Assembly: GCA_965222155.1 (NCBI GenBank)
Contig: CBDCTH010000012.1
Location: 1,920,001-1,984,000, forward strand
Origin: Gammaproteobacteria bacterium
Lineage (GTDB): Bacteria > Pseudomonadota > Gammaproteobacteria > Eutrophobiales > Eutrophobiaceae
Length of the DNA stretch: 64,000 bases
Reading direction: 5' to 3'
Of the stretch, positions 19,240 through 27,847 are shown in pieces (the stretch's first letter is position 1; the number at the start of each line of letters is the position of its first letter). A model generated the notes under the pieces. It was given only the letters and a program-made list of their open reading frames with translations. It made no database searches and was not told the origin of the DNA. The position numbers and the translations under genes were made by a program.

Positions 19240-22176
19240 ATGCCCACCCCCTCCGAACATAAAACCGTCCAGGCTCGTATCCTCGAATACGCCAGGGACA
19301 TCGGCTGGACCTTTGCGTCTCGCGCTGAAGCGGAACAACGACGCGGTTTTGATCCGGATGCGTCATCCACAGATTGCGCAAGAGGTGCATCGCTCTTTTT
19401 CGACGCGTTACTCGACACCAAGATACGGGAATTCAATCCCCTTTACGCTGAGCAGCAGGGCGCGCTACTCAACCAATTTCGCCACCTGCACACCAACATT
19501 TATGGCAACCGCGAATTCGTCGATTACCTGCGCAACAGAGGCAAGTTTTTTGATCAGGAGAATAACCGCGAACGCGACCTGATCCTGATCGACTACGACG
19601 ACCCGACGCGCAATATTTTTGAGGTCACCGAGGAGTGGGCCTTTCACAACGGCCATCACGGCACGCGGGAAGACGTGGCCTTTCTCATCAACGGAATCCC
19701 GGTGCTGGTAATAGAATGTAAAAACGCTGACAAAGACGAAGCGATCGCTCTCGGTGTAGATCAGATCCGCCGTTATCACCGCGAGACGCCCGAACTGTTC
19801 GTCCCCGAACAACTCTTCACTGCCACCGACGCTATTGGTTTCTCCTACGGCGTAACATGGAATACAGCGCGGCGTAATATTTTCAACTGGAAAGATGAAG
19901 AAATCGGTCAGTTGGAGACCAAGGTGAAAAGCTTCTGCGCCATTCCGCAGGTGCTCTCCTGCCTGAAGGACTACATCATCTTTGCCGAGAAAGACGAGGA
20001 ACTGAACAAATACGTTTTAAGCCAGCACCAGACCGGCGCGGTGGGCGCAATCCTCGAGCGTGCGCTCAATCCCGATCGTACCCGCGGGCTCATCTGGCAT
20101 ACCCAGGGCAGCGGCAAGACCTTCACCATGATTAAGGCGGCGGAACTGCTTTTCCGCGCGCCTGCGGCAGACAAACCAACCATCCTCCTGATGATCGACC
20201 GTAACGAACTGGAAGATCAAATGCTTAAGAACCTTGAAGCTGTCGGTCTCAGCAACCTGAAGCACGCCAACAGCATCGCCAGGCTTAACCGTCTGCTGAA
20301 AGACGACTACAGGGGCATCATCGTCACAATGATCCACAAGTTCCATGGTATGCCGGCAAATCTCAATACCCGCTCGAACCTATACGTCCTTATCGACGAA
20401 GCCCACCGGACCACTGGCGGCGATCTCGGCAACTATCTTATGGCTGGCCTGCCGAATGCAACCTACGTCGGTTTCACCGGCACCCCGGTGGACAAGACTG
20501 TATATGGAAAGGGCACGTTCAAAACCTTCGGCTGCGAGGACGACCGGGGCTACCTGCACAAATATTCCATCTCCGAAAGTATAGAGGATGGCACGACCCT
20601 GCCGCTATATTACCAACTCGCCCCCAACGAAATGCTCGTTCCGCATGAAACATTGGATGCAGAGTTTCTTTCCCTTGCTGAAGCTGAGGGTGTTGCCGAC
20701 ATCGAGGAATTGAATAAAGTCCTTGAGCGCGCAGTAAATCTGAAAAACTTCCTTAAAGGCAAGGAGCGTATCAAACGGGTAGCACGGTTCGTCGCCAGGC
20801 ATTACCGCGAGCACGTCGAGCCGCTCGGTTACAAAGCCTTCCTCGTCGGCGTTGACCGCGAAGCCTGCGCCCACTACAAGCACGCTCTCGATGCTGAATT
20901 TGATAAACTTGGTATCCCGCCCGATTATTCCGAAGTTGTTTACACCGGGAACAACAATGATTCAGCGCTACTGAAGAAATTCCACCTTGATAAAAAAAAG
21001 GAGCGGCAGATTCGCAAGCGTTTCGTCAAGCTCGACCAGCAACCGAAGATTCTGATTGTCACAGAAAAACTGCTGACCGGCTTTGACGCACCATTACTCT
21101 ACGCGATGTATCTCGACAAGCCGATGCGCGACCATACACTGCTCCAGGCCATCGCGCGAGTGAACCGTCCTTATGAGAACGAGGCACAGAAGATGGTTAA
21201 GCCCCACGGCTTCGTCCTTGATTTCGTTGGAATCTTTGAGAAACTTGAAAAGGCCCTCGCCTTCGACAGCGATGAAATCAACGCCATCGTAAAAGACATA
21301 AAGCTGCTCAAAATCCTGTTCCGGAACAAGATGGAGCAAAAAGTTCCCGAATATCTCTCACTTATCGAAAGCGGATTCAACGACAAAGACGTTGATACGC
21401 TTATTGAGCACTTCCGCGATCCTGAGCGTAGGAAAGCGTTCTTTAAGGAATACAAGGAGATTGAGATGCTGTATGAGATCATCTCGCCTGATGTCTTCTT
21501 ACGGCCCTTCATCGAGACTTATGGAACATTAACAGCAATCTATCAGGTGGTGCGTAAAGCCTACACCAAACGGGTTCAGGTCGACCGGGAATTTCAAAGG
21601 AAAACGGAAGAGTTGGTCCGGGCTTATGTGGATTCGTACGGCGTGAAACCGTTAGAAGGACTCATTGAAATCAATTCAGATACTATTGAACTCATCAAGA
21701 AACAAAATAGTGGCGATGCAATCAAGGTCATTAACCTGATCAAAGCCATTGAGAAGTCGGCGGAAGAAAGTAGCGATGACCCGTATCTTATCGCAATGGC
21801 CAAGCGCGCCCAGGCCGTGCAGGAAAGTTTTGAAAACCGCCAGTCCAGCACTGCAGAGGCCCTGGAAGATCTGATCAAGGAAGTAGAAAAGAACGAAGAA
21901 CGCAAGAGGGAACAGGCGGAGAAGTCCTTTGACGGACTGACGTATTTTGTTTATCGAAGTCTGCTGGATGCCAGGATTGATAACGCTGAGGTAGTAAGTC
22001 GAAAAATCCGTCGAGCTTTCTCTGACTTTCCAAATTGGAGAGTAAGCGAGGATGCTCTACGCGAACTGCGCAAGAAAGTGACATTTTCAATCTACGAGGA
22101 AACGGAGGATCTCAATTAAGTAGCATCGCTAGTCGATGATTTATTCACGTTGTTGGAGAAAGCGTACAGGATTTGA
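19240..22176 (+). CDS. hsdR: Type I R-M restriction subunit HsdR (TAA at 22117, 18 codons before a second in-frame stop)
   Basis: REDVAFLINGIPVLVIECK nuclease motif, WHTQGSGKT, IDEAHR, GFTGTP, KLLTGFDAP, QAIARVNR; start MPTPSEHKTVQ at 19240. Confidence 0.93.
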
Positions 22177-22179
22177 TTT

Positions 22180-22596
22180 ATGACGACGACCGATCAAAAA
22201 CAAGTGTTCAAGCGACGCGTCCGTCACTGGGCTGAAAAGTTGGATGTCAAGATTGTGTGGCTTGGTATTCGACCAATGAATAACAAGTGGGCGTCCTGCT
22301 CATCAAATGGCCATCTGAACTTTAACGACGAGTTGCTCGACCTTAATGATGAACTCTGGGATTATGTCATTGTCCACGAACTGCTTCATTATTTCGTTCC
22401 TAACCATGGCAAACTCTGGAAAAGTCTGATGCGGGCTCACCTCGGTGATTACGAAAAGCTGGAAAATTCTTTAAGGAAAATCAGCAATCAGAAAAAACGC
22501 TCATTGGCCGACGCGTTGATGGATATCCCCAGGCTGGATACGGATACGGACGAACTGTTTAAACGACCCGTCGGTTACCCACGTAACGTGGATTAG
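22180..22596 (+). CDS. M48 / YgjP-like (DUF45) metallopeptidase-domain protein
   Basis: KWASCS, YVIVHELLH...PNHGKLW (HExxH); usual position after hsdR. Confidence 0.88.
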   Translation: MTTTDQKQVFKRRVRHWAEKLDVKIVWLGIRPMNNKWASCSSNGHLNFNDELLDLNDELWDYVIVHELLHYFVPNHGKLWKSLMRAHLGDYEKLENSLRKISNQKKRSLADALMDIPRLDTDTDELFKRPVGYPRNVD

Positions 22597-22608
22597 TCAT
22601 AACGAGTC

Positions 22609-23274
22609 ATGCGCCACGCCTCTGTTTTCTCCAGCAAACCAGCCGGCTGTTCGCCGGCATGGCATAGTCGTGCCGGACCAGGTGCGATTGAAAATCCTGC
22701 TGTTTGCGCGCTGCTTATCAGCGTTGCCCTGTTCACATCTGAAGACTTGCATGCCAGTAGTACCAAACTCAGCGAGACTCAAGCCCAGGCTGTCGAGAAA
22801 TCGGCGATTGACTCGGATGAAGAGGAAAAGCAACGCCAGGCCATCGCGGTGATGCTGGCTGAATACGAGATCGAGGGAAGGAAATTGCTGGACGGACTCG
22901 ACGAAAATACTGACAGGGACGTAGTCGACCATAGGGCACGCACCCTGCTCTCATCTGGTGAAAAGATTATGGGCTGGGCCCGTTTCCGTTTAAAGCAGTG
23001 TGATGAATACCTGGAGAAATCACTGGAACTCAAGGAAAAGATAACTGACATCACAAGGGAAGTTTTGGAGCGGGACTATCACCACGATGGCGCCCTGCCG
23101 AAAGCGCCGGCAGAGTGTTACCACATAAAAGACACATTCGTACATCCTGCCACGGTCCTGGTTCTTACCCGTGATGATCCCGCACTTGGAGAGGAAACCA
23201 TTACCGGTATCAGGGCGGAGATCATGGAAGTGCTCGGACATACGGAGGTTGTCCGGCAGCTGGTCATTTATTGA
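22609..23274 (+). CDS. Hypothetical exported helical protein with His/Cys cluster
   Basis: Hydrophobic signal-like stretch (VCALLISVALF); YHHDGALP..CYHIKD.FVHPATV..EVLGH; start uncertain. Confidence 0.6.
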   Translation: MRHASVFSSKPAGCSPAWHSRAGPGAIENPAVCALLISVALFTSEDLHASSTKLSETQAQAVEKSAIDSDEEEKQRQAIAVMLAEYEIEGRKLLDGLDENTDRDVVDHRARTLLSSGEKIMGWARFRLKQCDEYLEKSLELKEKITDITREVLERDYHHDGALPKAPAECYHIKDTFVHPATVLVLTRDDPALGEETITGIRAEIMEVLGHTEVVRQLVIY

Positions 23275-23330
23275 TAGAAGATACAGTTAATGTTTCGTTC
23301 ATTATTCTGCAGAATGGATAACTCCAAGCT

Positions 23331-23747
23331 TCAACTGAATACCTTTGCCCCGGCAGCCAAAGCCGACTTCATCAATAATTTGTCCTGTGTGGCCAGGGGG
23401 ATATTTCTGCGTAAAGCAAGTTCCAGGTATAGCGCATCATAAGCAGTCAACCCATGCGCCCTGCAAAGATGCAAGACCTGGGTCATACTACTGATGGGCA
23501 GGAGATCAGTCTCCACCGGCAGGCGGGCTAACACGTTGAGCGCCTGACTTGCTTTTTCGGCTTTAATACGCTCTCTGCGTTCGGCTTGAAACAACACATT
23601 CGTGACCTCTACAGGCCAAATCCCGGGGATAACGGCGAGTGCACCCTCAAGCGATAACGCTTTACGCACGCGTTCGCTGTAGCTGCTGAATTCATCTTCA
23701 AAGAACCAGGCCATCGTGACGGAACAATCCAGCACCAGTGAGCTCAC
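23331..23747 (-). CDS. vapC: VapC-family PIN-domain toxin
   Basis: LVLDCS, WPVEVTN, LTAYDALYLELA, LATQD. Confidence 0.9.
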   Translation of the reverse strand: MSSLVLDCSVTMAWFFEDEFSSYSERVRKALSLEGALAVIPGIWPVEVTNVLFQAERRERIKAEKASQALNVLARLPVETDLLPISSMTQVLHLCRAHGLTAYDALYLELALRRNIPLATQDKLLMKSALAAGAKVFS

Positions 23748-23989
23748 TAACGCTGTCCCTCATTACGTAAATCTGCGATGGACAGGTCGGCGCCAAGCCG
23801 GGTACCTTCCCTGATTCGGTCCATTTCATCGAACAACGTCTGTAATGCATCCTGTGAAACACGGTCGGCAGGAACCAGTTTTACCAGGGGCTTGTCGTGA
23901 CGAGTCACAAGAATTTCTTCTCCTTTAGCCGCTTTTGCGGCCAACTCGGAAAAATGGGCTTTGGCGTAGGTAAGAGGGACACTGGTCAC
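23747..23989 (-). CDS. Phd/YefM-family antitoxin
   Basis: AKAHFSEL..AAKGEEILVTRHDKPLVKLVP; overlaps the toxin start. Confidence 0.9.
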   Translation of the reverse strand: MTSVPLTYAKAHFSELAAKAAKGEEILVTRHDKPLVKLVPADRVSQDALQTLFDEMDRIREGTRLGADLSIADLRNEGQR

Positions 23990-23999
23990 TGAACATCTC

Positions 24000-24034
24000 C
24001 GCTTAAAATGACTATTTAATGGTCATTTTAAGCG
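24000..24034. promoter_or_regulatory. Putative TA autoregulatory operator
   Basis: cgcttaaaatgactatt-t-aatggtcattttaagcg: 17-bp inverted arms with one mismatch, ~10 bp upstream of the antitoxin start. Confidence 0.7.
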
Positions 24035-24049
24035 TTTCCAAGAAGTAAA

Positions 24050-24222
24050 TCAACATGCGCGATCGCGCAGCGCATTGTGCTGGGGCACGCCGTCGATCAT
24101 ATACAGGGTGTTTCTGCCGCGAAAACTTTCGCCCCGCCCGACTAATTTCCCCAGACTCGGACCAAATCCCGGCACGGTGTTTTCCAGCACACTGGCCAGA
24201 GCATCACTGATAGAGATTTGTT
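24050..24222 (-). pseudogene. Fragment of a TonB-dependent receptor plug domain
   Basis: LASVLENTVPGFGPS...ESFRGRNTLYMIDGVPQ (plug motifs vPG, RG, iDGvP); no signal peptide, no barrel. Confidence 0.7.
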
Positions 24223-24299
24223 GCACTATCCGGTCGGGATGACGATATGGGTGGCTGGCGTAACCCTGATGTCTTCTGTTTACATGTTCAATATCAATT
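24221..24299 (-). repeat. Second copy of hemP 3' end plus downstream leader element
   Basis: aattgatattgaacatgtaaacagaagacatcagggttacgccagccacccatatcg... aligns with 30170-30247. Confidence 0.8.
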
Positions 24300-25016
24300 C
24301 GGCAGCTTTGCCAGCCTGACCAGTTCACTGCGCATGTCCGACATCGTTAAAACAGGCTCGGCAAATCCGAAACGATAAATACGTTTGCCCAGCAGCAGGT
24401 TGAAGCCCTCACCGTCGATCCCCACCATCACGGGAGGCTCATCACCTGTTACCGGAATATTTCCCAAGCTGCAATAATGTCTTATAGCATCGGTATGGTC
24501 CCGGTTCATATGATCAATCGCCCTGGTTTCTTCATCCGGACTGAACGGGCTTTCTTTCAGAAAGGCATTACGTTCGACCCAGTAAATTTTCCCGAAACCG
24601 CCGATGAACCGGACCCGGTAAAACTCCAGGCGATAAAAATCAAAATCATGGGTCTTGTGATAATCCCGCGCATCGGGAAAAAAACGGTAGTAACGTTCCA
24701 TCGAATCGGTATCATCCGGTGATATCCGCTCTGCCTCCCCCAGGTAGGTCACCCGGCCATTTGCCTGGATATCATCCACGTCCCGTTCCATGACAATCAG
24801 CGACACCTTCGGGTCGGCCAGGATATTTTTTGTATGCTGTGCGATACGGCTGATCAGGATGACCGGCCTGCCCTTTCTGTCAAAACAATAAGGTGTCACG
24901 GAACCGAACGGATAACCCTGGGCTTCAACCGAATGGGTGGACAGGATTCCCTGATATTCGCTCATCATCAGGCTGCGCGCAGCTTTTCCGGATCGTTCTT
25001 TATTTTTCATCATCAT
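24294..25016 (-). CDS. HugZ/HutZ-like haem utilisation protein (PNPOx-like split barrel + DUF2470)
   Basis: GILSTHS..GYPFGS, ISRIAQHTKN, HDFDFYR, RFIGGFG, HMNRDH, GIDGEG. Confidence 0.85.
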   Translation of the reverse strand: MMMKNKERSGKAARSLMMSEYQGILSTHSVEAQGYPFGSVTPYCFDRKGRPVILISRIAQHTKNILADPKVSLIVMERDVDDIQANGRVTYLGEAERISPDDTDSMERYYRFFPDARDYHKTHDFDFYRLEFYRVRFIGGFGKIYWVERNAFLKESPFSPDEETRAIDHMNRDHTDAIRHYCSLGNIPVTGDEPPVMVGIDGEGFNLLLGKRIYRFGFAEPVLTMSDMRSELVRLAKLPN

Positions 25017-25823
25017 TCACCTGTTAATGGATATGCGGGCTGAGGGTGAAGGTATCACCACGCTGCAACCCCAGGTAGGATGTGGCTGCAGCATGACGTC
25101 CAGGCCGAATACCTCTTTTATCAGCGCTTCCGTCAATACCTGTTCCGGTTTCCCGTATTGATACAAATTCCCGCCATAAAATACCGCTATCCTGTCTGCG
25201 TACATGGCAGCCAGGTTGATGTCATGCAACACTACCAGGACGCCGACCTGACGCCGGCTGAAATCACGGGCAATCTTCAGCGCCTCATGCTGGTGCGCAG
25301 GGTCCATGCCGGCCACGGGTTCGTCCAGGAACAGATAACGGGTCAGAATACGCTCATCGTCCCAGATCTGGGTCAATACACGGGCAAATTGTACCCGCTG
25401 TTTTTCACCTCCCGAGAGTGTATCGTAGTAGCGCGTGGCCAACTCCCTGATCTCGGTCATTTGCATGGCGGCCAGTGCAATGGCCTGGTCACGCTCGTCC
25501 TCAATGCCGCGGATATGCGGACTGCGTCCCAACAGCACCACTTCAAACACAGTGAATGGAAAGGCGATGATGGTACTCTGCGGCATCACTGCGCGTTTGC
25601 GGGCATAGTCCAGTTTACTCCATTTTTGTAACTCTTCCCCCTCCAGTGAGATACTGCCCGCGGACGGCTTGAGTTCACCGCTCAGCAGTTTCAGGAACGT
25701 GGATTTGCCTGCGCCGTTCGGCCCGATAATCGCCAGGACTTCACCCGGATTGACCGCCAGGGAGATGCCCCTGATCAACTGATTACCGGCAATGGTGTAA
25801 CTGATCTTTTCTGCCGTCAGCAT
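25017..25823 (-). CDS. hmuV: Haem ABC transporter ATP-binding protein
   Basis: GPNGAGKST, LSGGEKQRVQFARVLTQIW, LDEP. Confidence 0.93.
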   Translation of the reverse strand: MLTAEKISYTIAGNQLIRGISLAVNPGEVLAIIGPNGAGKSTFLKLLSGELKPSAGSISLEGEELQKWSKLDYARKRAVMPQSTIIAFPFTVFEVVLLGRSPHIRGIEDERDQAIALAAMQMTEIRELATRYYDTLSGGEKQRVQFARVLTQIWDDERILTRYLFLDEPVAGMDPAHQHEALKIARDFSRRQVGVLVVLHDINLAAMYADRIAVFYGGNLYQYGKPEQVLTEALIKEVFGLDVMLQPHPTWGCSVVIPSPSARISINR

Positions 25824-25827
25824 CTGT

Positions 25828-26919
25828 TTAAAATGCGCGAATCATGCGCTTGTTCATCAACAGCCAGAGGAAGAACGGACCGCCTATACAGCTTGTTACA
25901 ACACCGATAGGCAGTTCCGCTGGTGCAACGATAGTCCTGGAAACGATATCGGCTGCGAGTATCAGAGTTGCGCCCAGCAGAATTGAACCCGGGAACAGGT
26001 AACGATGATCCGCTCCTATCAATAAGCGCACCAGGTGGGGCACGACCAGTCCGACAAAAGCGATAATGCCAGTCAAGGCCACCGCCGCTCCGATGGCCAG
26101 GGTTATCAGGAGGATCGCGACTTTTTTCATGCGCTCGATGTCGTAACCAAGATGGCCCGCCTCACTTTCGCCAAGTACGTAAGCATTCATGGCCCTGGCC
26201 AGAAACGGCAGGCCGATTAACGGGATCATCAGGAAAGGCAACAGCGGCAGCACCAGTCTCCAGGTGTTACGCGACAAGCTGCCCATGGTCCAGAAAGTCA
26301 GATCCCGTAACTGCTGGTCGTCGCTGACAAATATCAACAAACCCATCAGGGCATTGCATATCGCATTGATAGCAATGCCTGCCAGTAACATCGTCAGCAC
26401 CATGGAGCGTCCGTTAACGGTGCCGATGCGGTATACCAGCAGGACCGCTGTCAACCCTCCGAAAAATGCAAAAACAGGCAACAGGTAAGTGCGTAACGGC
26501 ACGGGAATTGCCGTCGCCAACTCCTGACCCAGCACGATAAAGCCAACGGCAGCCAGCGCAGCGCCGCTCGAGACTCCGATCAGGGCGGGGTCTGCCAGGG
26601 GGTTACGGAACAGTCCCTGTAACGTGGCGCCGGCAACTGCAAGCGCTGCCCCGATAAAGATACCCAGGACAATCCTTGGCAAGCGTAAGCCTATAACGAC
26701 CGTCTGTTGTTGTGCCTCGAACTCCCAGGGCACATGGACTCCCAGGTATTGCAGCAATATGGCCGTAACCTGTGCCGGAGCAATCGGGACCGCGCCGGAA
26801 CAGACTGCCAAGACGGTAACAATGAGCAACAGGGCCGTTAATCCGGACAAGGTGATTTTGGCGCGCCTTTTCCGGCCGGCAAGAAACGGTATAGCTGAAT
26901 GTTGTGCCACTGCGGTCAT
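25828..26919 (-). CDS. hmuU: Haem ABC transporter permease (FecCD family)
   Basis: LRLPR, QGLFRNPLADP, FWTMGSL, FVGLVVPH, ELPIGVVT. Confidence 0.92.
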   Translation of the reverse strand: MTAVAQHSAIPFLAGRKRRAKITLSGLTALLLIVTVLAVCSGAVPIAPAQVTAILLQYLGVHVPWEFEAQQQTVVIGLRLPRIVLGIFIGAALAVAGATLQGLFRNPLADPALIGVSSGAALAAVGFIVLGQELATAIPVPLRTYLLPVFAFFGGLTAVLLVYRIGTVNGRSMVLTMLLAGIAINAICNALMGLLIFVSDDQQLRDLTFWTMGSLSRNTWRLVLPLLPFLMIPLIGLPFLARAMNAYVLGESEAGHLGYDIERMKKVAILLITLAIGAAVALTGIIAFVGLVVPHLVRLLIGADHRYLFPGSILLGATLILAADIVSRTIVAPAELPIGVVTSCIGGPFFLWLLMNKRMIRAF

Positions 26920-26928
26920 GAAAACCCG

Positions 26929-27837
26929 TTACCGTGCCGACGTGAAATTCCTTAAGCCGAATAAGTCCGGATGAAACTCGGCCGCCAGATCACGAACAGC
27001 GCTTACCGTGCGCGGGCCGAAGCCGATTAAATACAGACCGTCGAAGATTGACAGCCTGCCTTCCCTTGCCGCAGGTGTCGTGGCCAGTTCCGGCAGGGCA
27101 AAGAGTTTCTCCTTGTCGCCGTAGAGAGCAAAAGTACGCTGCAATACCACGACGATCTCCGGGTCTGCGGCAATGATTGCCTCGGGGGTAATCGCCTTGT
27201 AACCACTTACCTGAGCCATTACGTTATTGCCGCCGGCCAGTGAAATCATGCTGTGGGCAGACGTATCCCTGCCTGCCGCCAGAGGGGCGCCGCGTCCGAA
27301 CGATAGCAGAAACAGCACCTCAGGCCTGGTTTCAGCCTCGCTTAATACAATTGCCACGTCCCGGTATTCCCGCTCCATGTCGCTGATTAGCTGTTCTCCT
27401 CTCTGTTCCCGTCCAAGGATCCCGGCAATGCGGCGAATCTTCCGGTATACGCCTTCAATCGACGGTTCATCGGGGATGGTCAGGATCTTGACGCCGACAG
27501 CCTGTAATTGTTCCAGGACCTCCGGCGGTCCGGCATCGTCTATGGCCAGAATGACATCCGGATCGACGGATAAAACCGGCTCCGCAGAGAGTGCACGCAT
27601 ATAACCGACGTCAGGGTGACGTTCCAGTGCTGAGACCGGGTACATACTGGTGCTGTCCACTGCAACCAGCTTGTCTTCAGCTCCAAGTGCATAGATTATC
27701 TCGGTAATCGACCCGCCGATGGCAATGATCCTGGTCACTTCGTCCGGGGTCGATTCTCCAGCGGTTTCCTTTGCCGACACGAAGTGAGGGAACGTCGCGC
27801 AGCATACAACCAGCAAAATCCTGTAAAAACCAGCCAT
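26929..27837 (-). CDS. hmuT: Haem ABC transporter periplasmic binding protein
   Basis: IGGSITEIIYALG, VDSTS.YP, DVGYMRALSAE (Tyr ligand), GFGPR; start moved to ATG 27837 (MAGFYRILL signal). Confidence 0.92.
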   Translation of the reverse strand: MAGFYRILLVVCCATFPHFVSAKETAGESTPDEVTRIIAIGGSITEIIYALGAEDKLVAVDSTSMYPVSALERHPDVGYMRALSAEPVLSVDPDVILAIDDAGPPEVLEQLQAVGVKILTIPDEPSIEGVYRKIRRIAGILGREQRGEQLISDMEREYRDVAIVLSEAETRPEVLFLLSFGRGAPLAAGRDTSAHSMISLAGGNNVMAQVSGYKAITPEAIIAADPEIVVVLQRTFALYGDKEKLFALPELATTPAAREGRLSIFDGLYLIGFGPRTVSAVRDLAAEFHPDLFGLRNFTSAR

Positions 27838-27847
27838 TGGTTCAATA

